Source: an uncultured Flavobacteriaceae bacterium (GTDB taxonomy: Bacteria > Bacteroidota > Bacteroidia > Flavobacteriales > Flavobacteriaceae). Taken from it: a stretch of DNA of 48,758 nucleotides. The position numbers were made by a program, and so were the translations under genes. Shown here piece by piece: positions 37,554-46,029 of the stretch. Location of the stretch: NCBI GenBank assembly GCA_937923735.1, contig CALDUJ010000069.1:1-48758 (forward strand). Reading direction: 5' to 3'. The notes under the pieces are model-generated. The model worked only from the letters and a program-made list of their open reading frames with translations. It searched no databases and was not told where the DNA came from. Position 1 is the first letter of the stretch, and the number at the start of each line of letters is the position of its first letter.

Positions 37554-40500
37554 ATGAGCAAGACATTCCCTGAATATAAAGGACTTGACTTACCAAAAGT
37601 AACTGAAGAGATACTTAATTATTGGCAAGACAATAATATCTTTGAAAAGAGTGTAACAACTCGCGAAGGGAAAGAACCATATGTGTTTTTTGAAGGACCT
37701 CCTTCTGCAAATGGACTTCCGGGAGTTCATCACGTTCTAGCTCGTGCTATAAAAGATATTTTTCCGCGTTACAAAACTATGAAAGGGTTTCAAGTAAAGC
37801 GTAAAGCTGGTTGGGACACTCATGGATTACCCATTGAATTAGGCGTAGAAAAAGAGCTTGGCATTACTAAAGAAGATATTGGTAAAACCATATCTGTCGA
37901 AGATTATAATGCAGCCTGTCGTAAAGCCGTAATGCGTTATACGGACATCTGGAATAACCTCACCCAAAAAATGGGGTATTGGGTAAATATGGATGACCCA
38001 TATATTACCTACGACCCAAAATACATGGAAAGTGTTTGGTGGTTACTAAAACAAATTTATGATAAGAGCCTGTTATATAAAGGCTATACCATCCAGCCCT
38101 ACTCGCCAAAAGCGGGAACTGGATTAAGTTCTCATGAGCTGAACCAACCAGGGACGTATCAAGATGTCACAGATACAACAGTGGTTGCTCAATTTAAAGC
38201 TAATGCTGAATCGTTACCTGATTTTTTGCAGGATGAAGGTGATATTTATTTCCTTGCTTGGACGACAACACCATGGACACTTCCAAGTAATACCGCATTA
38301 ACCGTCGGACCTAAAATTGATTATGTACTGGTAGAAACATACAATCAGTACACATTCCAGCCAATTAATGTGGTTTTAGCTAAGAAATTAGTCAACTATC
38401 AATTCTCTGGTAAGTTCAATAAAGTAGAAGAAAAATCTGAATTGCTTGAATATAAATCTGGTGACAAAAAGATTCCTTTCTATGTTGTAAAAGAATTTAA
38501 GGGGAAGGATTTAGTAGGTATTACCTACGAACAATTATTATCATATGTACTCCCAAATGACAATCCAGAAAATGCTTTTAGAGTCATTTCCGGAGACTTT
38601 GTAACAACTGAAGACGGTACTGGAATTGTACATACAGCACCAACTTTTGGAGCAGATGATGCCTTAGTCGCTAAACAAGCAAAGCCAGAAATACCACCAA
38701 TGCTGGTTAAAGATGACAACGGCAACTTAGTACCGTTAGTAGATTTACAAGGACGTTTTAGACCCGAGTTAGGCGAATTCGCTGGTAAGTATGTTAAAAA
38801 CGAATATTATAATGATGGTGAAGCTCCTGAACGTTCAATAGATGTTGAACTCGCCATCAAATTAAAAGAAGAAAACAAAGCCTTTAAGGTCGAAAAATAC
38901 AAGCACAGCTACCCTAACTGTTGGCGTACAGATAAACCAATTTTATACTACCCCTTAGATTCTTGGTTTATTAAAGTGACAGATGTTAAAGACAGAATGT
39001 TCCAGTTAAATGAAACAATTAACTGGAAACCAAAGAGTACTGGAGAAGGCCGATTTGGCAACTGGTTAGCAAATGCGAATGATTGGAATTTATCGCGTTC
39101 TCGTTATTGGGGAATCCCGTTACCAATTTGGAGAACAGATGATGGTAAAGAGGAAATTTGCATTGGTTCTGTTGAAGAATTAAAAGCCGAGATGGGAAAA
39201 GCAGTTTCGGCTGGTGTTTTAGCTAAAGACATATTTGCAGAATTTGAAGTCGGAAATAACTCAGATGAGAATTATGCAACTATCGACTTACATAAAAATA
39301 TCGTTGATGAAATCATATTAGTTTCTAAAAGTGGGCAACCAATGAAACGCGAAAGCGATTTGATTGATGTATGGTTCGATTCAGGCTCTATGCCTTACGC
39401 TCAATGGCATTACCCTTTTGAAAATAAGGATTTGATTGATGAGAATAAAGCATTCCCAGCAGATTTTATTGCAGAAGGTGTTGATCAAACACGAGGATGG
39501 TTTTATACACTTCACGCTATTGGGACAATGGTTTTCGATTCCGTTGCATATAAAAACGTCGTTTCTAACGGATTAGTTTTAGACAAGAACGGACAGAAAA
39601 TGTCTAAACGTTTAGGTAATGCAACTAATCCTTTTGAAACATTATCAACATATGGTGCAGATGCTACGCGTTGGTATATGATATCCAATGCAAACCCTTG
39701 GGACAACTTAAAGTTTGATTTAGATGGTATTGAAGAAGTAAAACGCAAGTTCTTTGGTACATTATATAATACCTATTCTTTCTTTCAATTATACACAAAT
39801 TTAGATGGATTTAGCTATTCCGAAATAGACATTCCATTAAATGAAAGACCAGAAATAGACCGTTGGATACTTTCTGAATTACATACATTAATTCAAAAAG
39901 TAGATGATTATTATGCTGAATACGAACCAACAAAAGCTGCAAGAGCAATTTCAGATTTTACTCAAGAATATTTGAGTAATTGGTATGTACGTTTAAGTAG
40001 AAGACGCTTCTGGAAAGGTGATTATCAAACAGATAAGATATCAGCTTACCAAACATTATATACTTGTATGATAACTATTGCCAAGTTAGGCGCACCAATT
40101 GCACCTTTCTTTATGGATAAATTATACTTGGATTTAAATTCAGTCACGAATAAAGAAGCTTTTGAAAGTGTTCACTTATCTGAATTTCCTAAATACGATT
40201 CTAGTTTTGTAGATAAAACGCTTGAGCGTAAAATGGAAAGTGCTCAGACAATATCGTCTTTAGTTCTATCGTTACGTGCTAAAGAGAAAATTAAGGTGAG
40301 ACAACCACTTCAGAAAATCATGATTCCAGTTGATAACAAACAGCAAAAAGAAGAAATCTTAGCTGTATCAAGTTTGATAAAACGTGAAGTAAATGTAAAA
40401 GAAGTAGAGCTGATGGAAGATGCGTCAGACATCATTGTAAAGCAAATCAAGCCTAATTTTAAAGTTTTAGGGCCACGTTTTGGTAAAGATATGAAGTTGA

Positions 40501-40958
40501 TTTCTGCTGAGATTCAGAAATTTAGTGCCAATGACATTAAAAATATCGAGCAAAACGGCAAAATTGATGTTAAAGTGAACGGAAAAAGTATTACATTGGA
40601 TTTATCTGAAGTTGAGATATCGTCTCAAGATATTGAAGGTTGGCTTGTTGCAAATGCTGACGGTTTTACGGTAGCATTAGATGTAACATTAACAGATGAA
40701 TTGAAACGTGAGGGTATTGCAAGAGAGCTGGTAAACAGAATTCAAAACCTCAGAAAAGATTCTGGGTTTGAAGTCACTGACAGAATTGACGTCCGACTAC
40801 AGAAAGATGAGAATATAGAAAAAGCAATAAAAAACAATTTAGAATACATAAAAACAGAAACACTAACCGCTGAATTAGAAATTATAGACCAAATGAATAA
40901 TGGTATAGAAATTGCTTTCGATGATGTAAATACCAAATTATTCATTACAAAACACTAA
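37554..40958 (+). CDS. ileS: Isoleucine--tRNA ligase (long, type 2 form)
   Basis: 1134 aa from the ATG at 37554. HIGH-type motif PPSANGLPGVHH, KMSKR motif (KMSKRLGN) and an editing-domain insert. Confidence 0.97.
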   Translation: MSKTFPEYKGLDLPKVTEEILNYWQDNNIFEKSVTTREGKEPYVFFEGPPSANGLPGVHHVLARAIKDIFPRYKTMKGFQVKRKAGWDTHGLPIELGVEKELGITKEDIGKTISVEDYNAACRKAVMRYTDIWNNLTQKMGYWVNMDDPYITYDPKYMESVWWLLKQIYDKSLLYKGYTIQPYSPKAGTGLSSHELNQPGTYQDVTDTTVVAQFKANAESLPDFLQDEGDIYFLAWTTTPWTLPSNTALTVGPKIDYVLVETYNQYTFQPINVVLAKKLVNYQFSGKFNKVEEKSELLEYKSGDKKIPFYVVKEFKGKDLVGITYEQLLSYVLPNDNPENAFRVISGDFVTTEDGTGIVHTAPTFGADDALVAKQAKPEIPPMLVKDDNGNLVPLVDLQGRFRPELGEFAGKYVKNEYYNDGEAPERSIDVELAIKLKEENKAFKVEKYKHSYPNCWRTDKPILYYPLDSWFIKVTDVKDRMFQLNETINWKPKSTGEGRFGNWLANANDWNLSRSRYWGIPLPIWRTDDGKEEICIGSVEELKAEMGKAVSAGVLAKDIFAEFEVGNNSDENYATIDLHKNIVDEIILVSKSGQPMKRESDLIDVWFDSGSMPYAQWHYPFENKDLIDENKAFPADFIAEGVDQTRGWFYTLHAIGTMVFDSVAYKNVVSNGLVLDKNGQKMSKRLGNATNPFETLSTYGADATRWYMISNANPWDNLKFDLDGIEEVKRKFFGTLYNTYSFFQLYTNLDGFSYSEIDIPLNERPEIDRWILSELHTLIQKVDDYYAEYEPTKAARAISDFTQEYLSNWYVRLSRRRFWKGDYQTDKISAYQTLYTCMITIAKLGAPIAPFFMDKLYLDLNSVTNKEAFESVHLSEFPKYDSSFVDKTLERKMESAQTISSLVLSLRAKEKIKVRQPLQKIMIPVDNKQQKEEILAVSSLIKREVNVKEVELMEDASDIIVKQIKPNFKVLGPRFGKDMKLISAEIQKFSANDIKNIEQNGKIDVKVNGKSITLDLSEVEISSQDIEGWLVANADGFTVALDVTLTDELKREGIARELVNRIQNLRKDSGFEVTDRIDVRLQKDENIEKAIKNNLEYIKTETLTAELEIIDQMNNGIEIAFDDVNTKLFITKH

Positions 40959-40962
40959 GTAT

Positions 40963-41346
40963 ATGGCTGCAGATACAAACGTAAGATATTCGGATAAGGA
41001 TTTAGCACATTTTAAAGCACTTATCCAAGAGAAAATAGATAAAGCACAACATGATTTGGAGCTTATTAAAAGCGCCTACATGAACGACCATAATAATGGC
41101 ACCGAAGATACCTCGCCTACTTTTAAGGCGTTTGATGAAGGTAGTGCCGTAATGAGCAAAGAGCGTAATGCACAGCTTGCCATCAGGCAAGAAAAATTTA
41201 TTCGTGATTTAAAAAGTGCACTAATACGTATAGAAAACAAGACTTACGGCGTTTGTCGTGTTACAGGAAAACTGATAAACAAAAAACGCTTAGAATTAGT
41301 ACCTCATGCTACCTTAAGCATAGAGGCGAAGAACATGCAGAAGTAA
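40963..41346 (+). CDS. DksA/TraR-family protein lacking the C4 zinc finger
   Basis: 127 aa. The C-terminal YGVCRVTGKLINKKRLELVPHATLSIEAK aligns with E. coli DksA [29 protein letters not shown], but only the first Cys is kept. Confidence 0.75.
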   Translation: MAADTNVRYSDKDLAHFKALIQEKIDKAQHDLELIKSAYMNDHNNGTEDTSPTFKAFDEGSAVMSKERNAQLAIRQEKFIRDLKSALIRIENKTYGVCRVTGKLINKKRLELVPHATLSIEAKNMQK

Positions 41347-41384
41347 TATGTTCCTGCGAAGGCAGGAATCTAAACCTTGAAATA

Positions 41385-41411
41385 ACGCTTCGTTTTTACG
41401 AGGCGTTTTTT
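41385..41411 (+). terminator. Intrinsic terminator-like hairpin plus T-run ending 10 nt before the lspA ATG
   Basis: ACGCTTCG-ttttta-CGAGGCGT forms 8 bp including one G-U pair, followed by TTTTTATTTTTATTT. A second hairpin TTCCTGC-gaag-GCAGGAA lies at 41351-41368. Confidence 0.6.
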
Positions 41412-41421
41412 ATTTTTATTT

Positions 41422-42051
41422 ATGTCACTAAAAAAATCAGCTTTATTAATCTTCATTGTTTTACTTATTGATCAAATAAGCAAAATATATGTAAAGACAC
41501 ATTTTGTTATTGAGGAAGATGTAGAGGTATTTAACTGGTTTAAAATATTATTCATAGAAAACCCAGGCATGGCTTGGGGCACAAAAATAAGTGACTTTGT
41601 TTCATTTATTTCTGATAATACTGCAAAAGTCATATTGACTATATTCAGAATTATAGCAGTCTTCTTTATAGGTTATTGGCTCAAAGATTCTATTAAAAGA
41701 AACGCTTCTAAAATATTAATAATTGGAGTTTCTCTAATATTTGCTGGTGCTCTTGGAAACATCATCGACTCCGTTTTTTATGGGGTATTATTTGGAGATA
41801 GTAGCGGAGCAATCGCCGAATTTCTGCCTAAAGAAGGTGGTTATTCAAAACTATTACAAGGTAAGGTAGTAGACATGCTTTACTTCCCTCTATGGAAAGG
41901 CTACTTACCCGAATGGTTACCTATTTGGGGAGGAAAGTATTTTACATTCTTTGACCCCGTTTTTAATATTGCGGATGTAGCTATTAGTACAGGTGTTGGG
42001 ATGCTTTTGGTTTTTAATAAAAAAGCGTTTAGAGATAATTATTACAAATGA
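41422..42051 (+). CDS. lspA: Lipoprotein signal peptidase (signal peptidase II)
   Basis: 209 aa. Motifs ENPGMAWG, GGALGNIIDS and FNIADVAIS. Confidence 0.9.
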   Translation: MSLKKSALLIFIVLLIDQISKIYVKTHFVIEEDVEVFNWFKILFIENPGMAWGTKISDFVSFISDNTAKVILTIFRIIAVFFIGYWLKDSIKRNASKILIIGVSLIFAGALGNIIDSVFYGVLFGDSSGAIAEFLPKEGGYSKLLQGKVVDMLYFPLWKGYLPEWLPIWGGKYFTFFDPVFNIADVAISTGVGMLLVFNKKAFRDNYYK

Positions 42052-42081
42052 AGAGGAAATAGAAATTTAAACTCATATAGG

Positions 42082-42897
42082 ATGAAAAATTACTTTTTTT
42101 TGATTACACTTTGCATCTATTGTTTTAATAGTCATGCTCAGAAAATAAATGTTAAAACTCATGATAAAAGTATTAAGAATGGCTACATAATATATGCTGA
42201 TAATAACGAACCTTGCCCTGTTTCAATAAAACTTGACCTGAATCTTAAAAATTTGAAATCGTCCAAAGGAAACAACAAGATATTTCTTCTTCCAGCTAAG
42301 ACAAAAAATGTTGAATTAACAATTTTGAAGTCGATTAAAAATGGTAAGTACAATTATAGCTACAAAACTAAATATAACTATGGAAATCACTTCCAAGATA
42401 CATACAATGCAGATTATGAATATAGCCTTCCATTTGAAAAAGGAAGTACAGAAAAGGTTTCTCAAGGTTATAATGGTAGCAGTACTCATCTAAACCAAAA
42501 TGCTTTAGATTTCGATATGAAAGATGGCACGAACATCTTAGCAGCAAGAGATGGCATAGTTATAAGAGTCATTGATCAAAACAAAAAATCTTGTCACAGT
42601 AAAGACTGTCAAAAATATAATAATTTCGTAACCATTTATCATGATGACGGCACGTTTGCAGAATATACCCATATTCAACAAGATGGTTCATTGGTTAAGA
42701 TTGGAGATAAAATTAAAGTGGGCGATATTATTGCAAAAAGTGGGGATGTTGGATGGTCTTCTGGTCCCCATTTACATTTTGTTGTTTATCTTCAACAGAT
42801 CGGAGGGTCAAAAACTCTTAAAACAAAATTCAAAGTTGGTGACGGGAGAAAATCAGAATACTTATTAGAAAAAAAATCATACAAAAAAGATTACTAA
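42082..42897 (+). CDS. M23 family metallopeptidase (secreted)
   Basis: 271 aa. Signal peptide, then LDFDMKDGTNILAARDGIV, YHDDGTFAEYTHI and GPHLHFVV, which are the HxxxD / HxH M23 signatures. Confidence 0.85.
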   Translation: MKNYFFLITLCIYCFNSHAQKINVKTHDKSIKNGYIIYADNNEPCPVSIKLDLNLKNLKSSKGNNKIFLLPAKTKNVELTILKSIKNGKYNYSYKTKYNYGNHFQDTYNADYEYSLPFEKGSTEKVSQGYNGSSTHLNQNALDFDMKDGTNILAARDGIVIRVIDQNKKSCHSKDCQKYNNFVTIYHDDGTFAEYTHIQQDGSLVKIGDKIKVGDIIAKSGDVGWSSGPHLHFVVYLQQIGGSKTLKTKFKVGDGRKSEYLLEKKSYKKDY

Positions 42898-43457
42898 AAC
42901 GAAATTAATTTTACCGGCGTCACACAATAATTCAACTTAACATCATCTGGATTTACATTAGTAATGAAATCTTCAGGTCCAAAAAAAGAAAGTCCGATTT
43001 TAATTACACTCTCTCTACATTCGGAAAGAAACCTATCGTAAAATCCCTTTCCATAGCCAACTCTATTACCGAGTGTGTCGTAGGCTAATAAAGGTACGAA
43101 AACAACATCTAATTTTTCTGAAGGAATTTCAATGCCACCTATAGGTTCTGGAATATTATAATCATTCTTTTTGATTCTTGTAGAATCCGTAAGTAAGAAA
43201 TGCTTCATACTCAGTGTCTCGAAATCACTTTTTGAAATCACAATATCCTTATCCTTTCCGGAAAGAATATTCAAAATGAATTCTGTATTTACCTCTCTTT
43301 GCTCTTCTATTGGGAGGAAAATATGATAGAAATTATAATTCCATATATCGAGTTTAAGAAGGTTGTTCGCGATGGCAATACTTTTGTCATCTACTTCTTC
43401 AGAAGACAGTTTTCTTCTTAGCCCTTTATACTTTTTGCGCAACTCGCTTTTTGTCAT
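42894..43457 (-). CDS. 5-formyltetrahydrofolate cyclo-ligase
   Basis: 187 aa. LRKKYKGLRRKLS N-terminus and the GNRVGYGKGFYDRFL motif. Confidence 0.85.
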   Translation of the reverse strand: MTKSELRKKYKGLRRKLSSEEVDDKSIAIANNLLKLDIWNYNFYHIFLPIEEQREVNTEFILNILSGKDKDIVISKSDFETLSMKHFLLTDSTRIKKNDYNIPEPIGGIEIPSEKLDVVFVPLLAYDTLGNRVGYGKGFYDRFLSECRESVIKIGLSFFGPEDFITNVNPDDVKLNYCVTPVKLISF

Positions 43458-43492
43458 TTAACAAATTTAGTTGATAAAACTGTTTAAAACTA

Positions 43493-43512
43493 AAAACAGA
43501 CTTGTCTGTTTT
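43493..43512. promoter_or_regulatory. Inverted repeat AAAACAGAC-tt-GTCTGTTTT (candidate TetR operator 1)
   Basis: 9-bp perfect arms read directly in the divergent intergenic region upstream of the TetR gene. Confidence 0.45.
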
Positions 43513-43519
43513 AATTGCC

Positions 43520-43549
43520 AATTCATTTTAACTTTGATTAAAATGAATT
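43520..43549. promoter_or_regulatory. Inverted repeat AATTCATTTTA-N8-TAAAATGAATT bracketing an exact -7 box TAACTTTG (43529-43536). Candidate TetR autoregulatory operator/promoter.
   Basis: 11-bp perfect arms. The -7 box overlaps the end of the left arm and most of the spacer. The TetR ATG is at 43553. Confidence 0.5.
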
Positions 43550-43552
43550 CTT

Positions 43553-44095
43553 ATGACTGTAAAAGAAAGACTTATAAACACTGCTTCCGATTTATTCTAC
43601 CAAAATGGCTACAACAACACAGGTATAAACGAAGTGATTGAAAAAGCTAAAGTAGCCAAAGCTAGCCTATATACGCACTTTAAAACCAAAGACGATTTAT
43701 GTATTGCCTATCTTGAGTATAAAGAAGACAAATTTTTAAACGCTTTAAAGGCCTCATTAAAAGGAAAGCCTGAAGGAAAGCTTCAAATATTAGGGTTGTT
43801 TGATCATCTTAGAGAAGTTTACCGCAAAGATGATTTTAGAGGAAATTGTAGCTCGAATATTCTTGCTGAAATTCCAAAAGGCAATAAAAAAATACGTGAA
43901 GAAGTTAGCCTGCACAAATCAAACCTTAAAAACTATATTACTGAATTAGTTAAAAAAAATTCAGATAATAAGCATCCTGAAAAACTCGCAAATAAATTGT
44001 TTTTATTGTTTGAAGGAGCACAAGCGCAAAGCTATGTAGAGCAGGATAGCTGGCCAATTAAAGAGGCTAAAGATATGGCTCTAAGTCTACTTTAA
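43553..44095 (+). CDS. TetR/AcrR family transcriptional regulator
   Basis: 180 aa with the N-terminal HTH pattern RLINTASDLFYQNGYNNTGINEVIEKAKVAKASLYTHFKTKDDL. Confidence 0.9.
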   Translation: MTVKERLINTASDLFYQNGYNNTGINEVIEKAKVAKASLYTHFKTKDDLCIAYLEYKEDKFLNALKASLKGKPEGKLQILGLFDHLREVYRKDDFRGNCSSNILAEIPKGNKKIREEVSLHKSNLKNYITELVKKNSDNKHPEKLANKLFLLFEGAQAQSYVEQDSWPIKEAKDMALSLL

Positions 44096-45069
44096 TCTTC
44101 ATCAAGCTTGGTGGAAATATGAAAAACTGCGTCGCCCTGATACACAATAGGCGCTTCGTTAACATTGATGATATACCCAGAATTTTCAGCCTTAACAAAA
44201 TGATTGAACTTCCCGTAAGGATCCGTAATATTCCCGAGAACATCTCCTTTTTTCACCTTAGCACTAATGGATACCGAAGATTTAAACATACCCGAATAAT
44301 TAGCTCTCAACCATTTACTTTCTTTAATGAAAACACATTTTTTCTTAGGTTTAGATACCTTAAATTTATTATTTAACATGCCTAGATGACTAAGAATACG
44401 TTTAGCTCCATTGACACCGCTATTAGTAACGTTCGAATCAAAACTAAAGGACTTCCCTCCTTCAAAAAGAAGCATAGGTACTCCTAATTTATAGCAGGTA
44501 TTTCTGAAGGATTTATTTAAGTTTTTCGAATATAAAACAAAAGGTGCTCCAAACGTAGTTGCAAGTTCATCCAGAACAACTTCCCCCTCAACAATGCGAA
44601 TTTGAGGTGCATTAAATCGGTCAGCACTACCAGTATGATAATCCAATATCAAATCCACATGCGGGACTATTTCCGTCATCAATTTATGTGCTACACGACT
44701 CGCTAAAGACCCCTTAGCGGATCCAGGGAAAACTCTGTTAAGGTCTCTTCCATCAGGGAACTCACGATTTAAGTGCAGAAACCCAAAAATATTAATCACT
44801 GGAATACTTATAATGGTGCCCTTTTTTGGTTTATTAATGCCTTTGGCAATAATCTGCCTGACTATTTCGATTCCATTAACCTCATCACCATGAATACCAG
44901 CAGTAATAAGTATAGTTGGGCCAGGCTTTTTTGAACGTTCGATAACAATAGGAACATCAACATTAGTAGTTGTATGCAATTTAGCAACACTAAAATTTAC
45001 TTCGCGACTTTCGCCGAGCTTTATCTTCTCTCCTAGTATCTCTAGAACTTCATTGTTCTTTACCGTCAT
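44092..45069 (-). CDS. Succinylglutamate desuccinylase/aspartoacylase (AstE/AspA, M14-like) family zinc hydrolase
   Basis: 325 aa from the ATG at 45069; the longer track ORF would overlap rimK by 148 nt. It has a GIHGDEVNG zinc motif, DYHTG and a C-terminal barrel-like domain. The ATG overlaps the rimK stop (ATGA). Confidence 0.85.
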   Translation of the reverse strand: MTVKNNEVLEILGEKIKLGESREVNFSVAKLHTTTNVDVPIVIERSKKPGPTILITAGIHGDEVNGIEIVRQIIAKGINKPKKGTIISIPVINIFGFLHLNREFPDGRDLNRVFPGSAKGSLASRVAHKLMTEIVPHVDLILDYHTGSADRFNAPQIRIVEGEVVLDELATTFGAPFVLYSKNLNKSFRNTCYKLGVPMLLFEGGKSFSFDSNVTNSGVNGAKRILSHLGMLNNKFKVSKPKKKCVFIKESKWLRANYSGMFKSSVSISAKVKKGDVLGNITDPYGKFNHFVKAENSGYIINVNEAPIVYQGDAVFHISTKLDED

Positions 45070-45944
45070 CGCTTTCTGTTTCTTTCTATATAGGTTATAA
45101 TGTCTCCCGCTATATTTGCCGCTGTAGCCCCTTCTATACCTTCTAAGCCAGGCGTTGAGTTTACCTCCAATAACAATGGACCTCTGTCGGATTGCAACAT
45201 ATCCACACCACAAACACCTAACTTTAAGGCTCTCGATGCACGTAAAGCAACTTTCTTTTCATGGTCATTCAACTCATAATAATCTGCACTGCCTCCGCGA
45301 TGCAAATTTGAACGAAATTCTCCTTCTTTTCCTTGGCGTTTCATAGCGCCTACAACTTTGCCATCAACTACTAATGCTCGCAAATCTGCACCTTTAGCTT
45401 CAGCAATATATTCTTGGACAACAACTCTTGCCTGTAATCCATTGAAAGCTTCGAGCACCGATTCTGCTGCATTTTTTGTTTCGCATAATACAACGCCTAG
45501 ACCTTGTGTACCTTCCAATAATTTAATGATAACAGGTGTTCCTCCAACATGCTCAATCACTTCCTCTACATCTCGAGAATAATTTGTAAACACCGTTTTT
45601 GGCATACCAATACCCGCTTTACTTAAGCGTTGAAAACTTCTTAGTTTGTCGCGTGAACGAATGATAGCGTCTGAGGTCACCGTTGCAAAAACGTTCATCA
45701 TTTCAAATTGTCTTACAACAGCGCATCCGAAAAAAGTAACAGAGGCTCCTATTCTTGGAATTACAGCATCAACATAATCCAGATAACGGTCTTTGTAAAA
45801 AATGGTAGGTTTCTCGCTCTCGATAATCAAATCACATTTCAATGGATCAATAACTTCAACTCTATGATTACGCTTTTCTCCTTCTTCTACTAACCTTTGA
45901 GTAGAATAAAGATGCGCGTTTCTGGAAAGTATAACTATGTTCAT
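45066..45944 (-). CDS. rimK: RimK-type alpha-L-glutamate ligase (ATP-grasp)
   Basis: 292 aa, collinear by eye with E. coli RimK ([55 protein letters not shown]). Confidence 0.92.
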   Translation of the reverse strand: MNIVILSRNAHLYSTQRLVEEGEKRNHRVEVIDPLKCDLIIESEKPTIFYKDRYLDYVDAVIPRIGASVTFFGCAVVRQFEMMNVFATVTSDAIIRSRDKLRSFQRLSKAGIGMPKTVFTNYSRDVEEVIEHVGGTPVIIKLLEGTQGLGVVLCETKNAAESVLEAFNGLQARVVVQEYIAEAKGADLRALVVDGKVVGAMKRQGKEGEFRSNLHRGGSADYYELNDHEKKVALRASRALKLGVCGVDMLQSDRGPLLLEVNSTPGLEGIEGATAANIAGDIITYIERNRKR

Positions 45945-46029
45945 GTAATGGGAAAAACTAGTTGCAATATACTAAAAAAGCCCATGCTTTAGGTTTTATA
46001 GTTTCGGCTTAAATACTACCTTTACGTAG

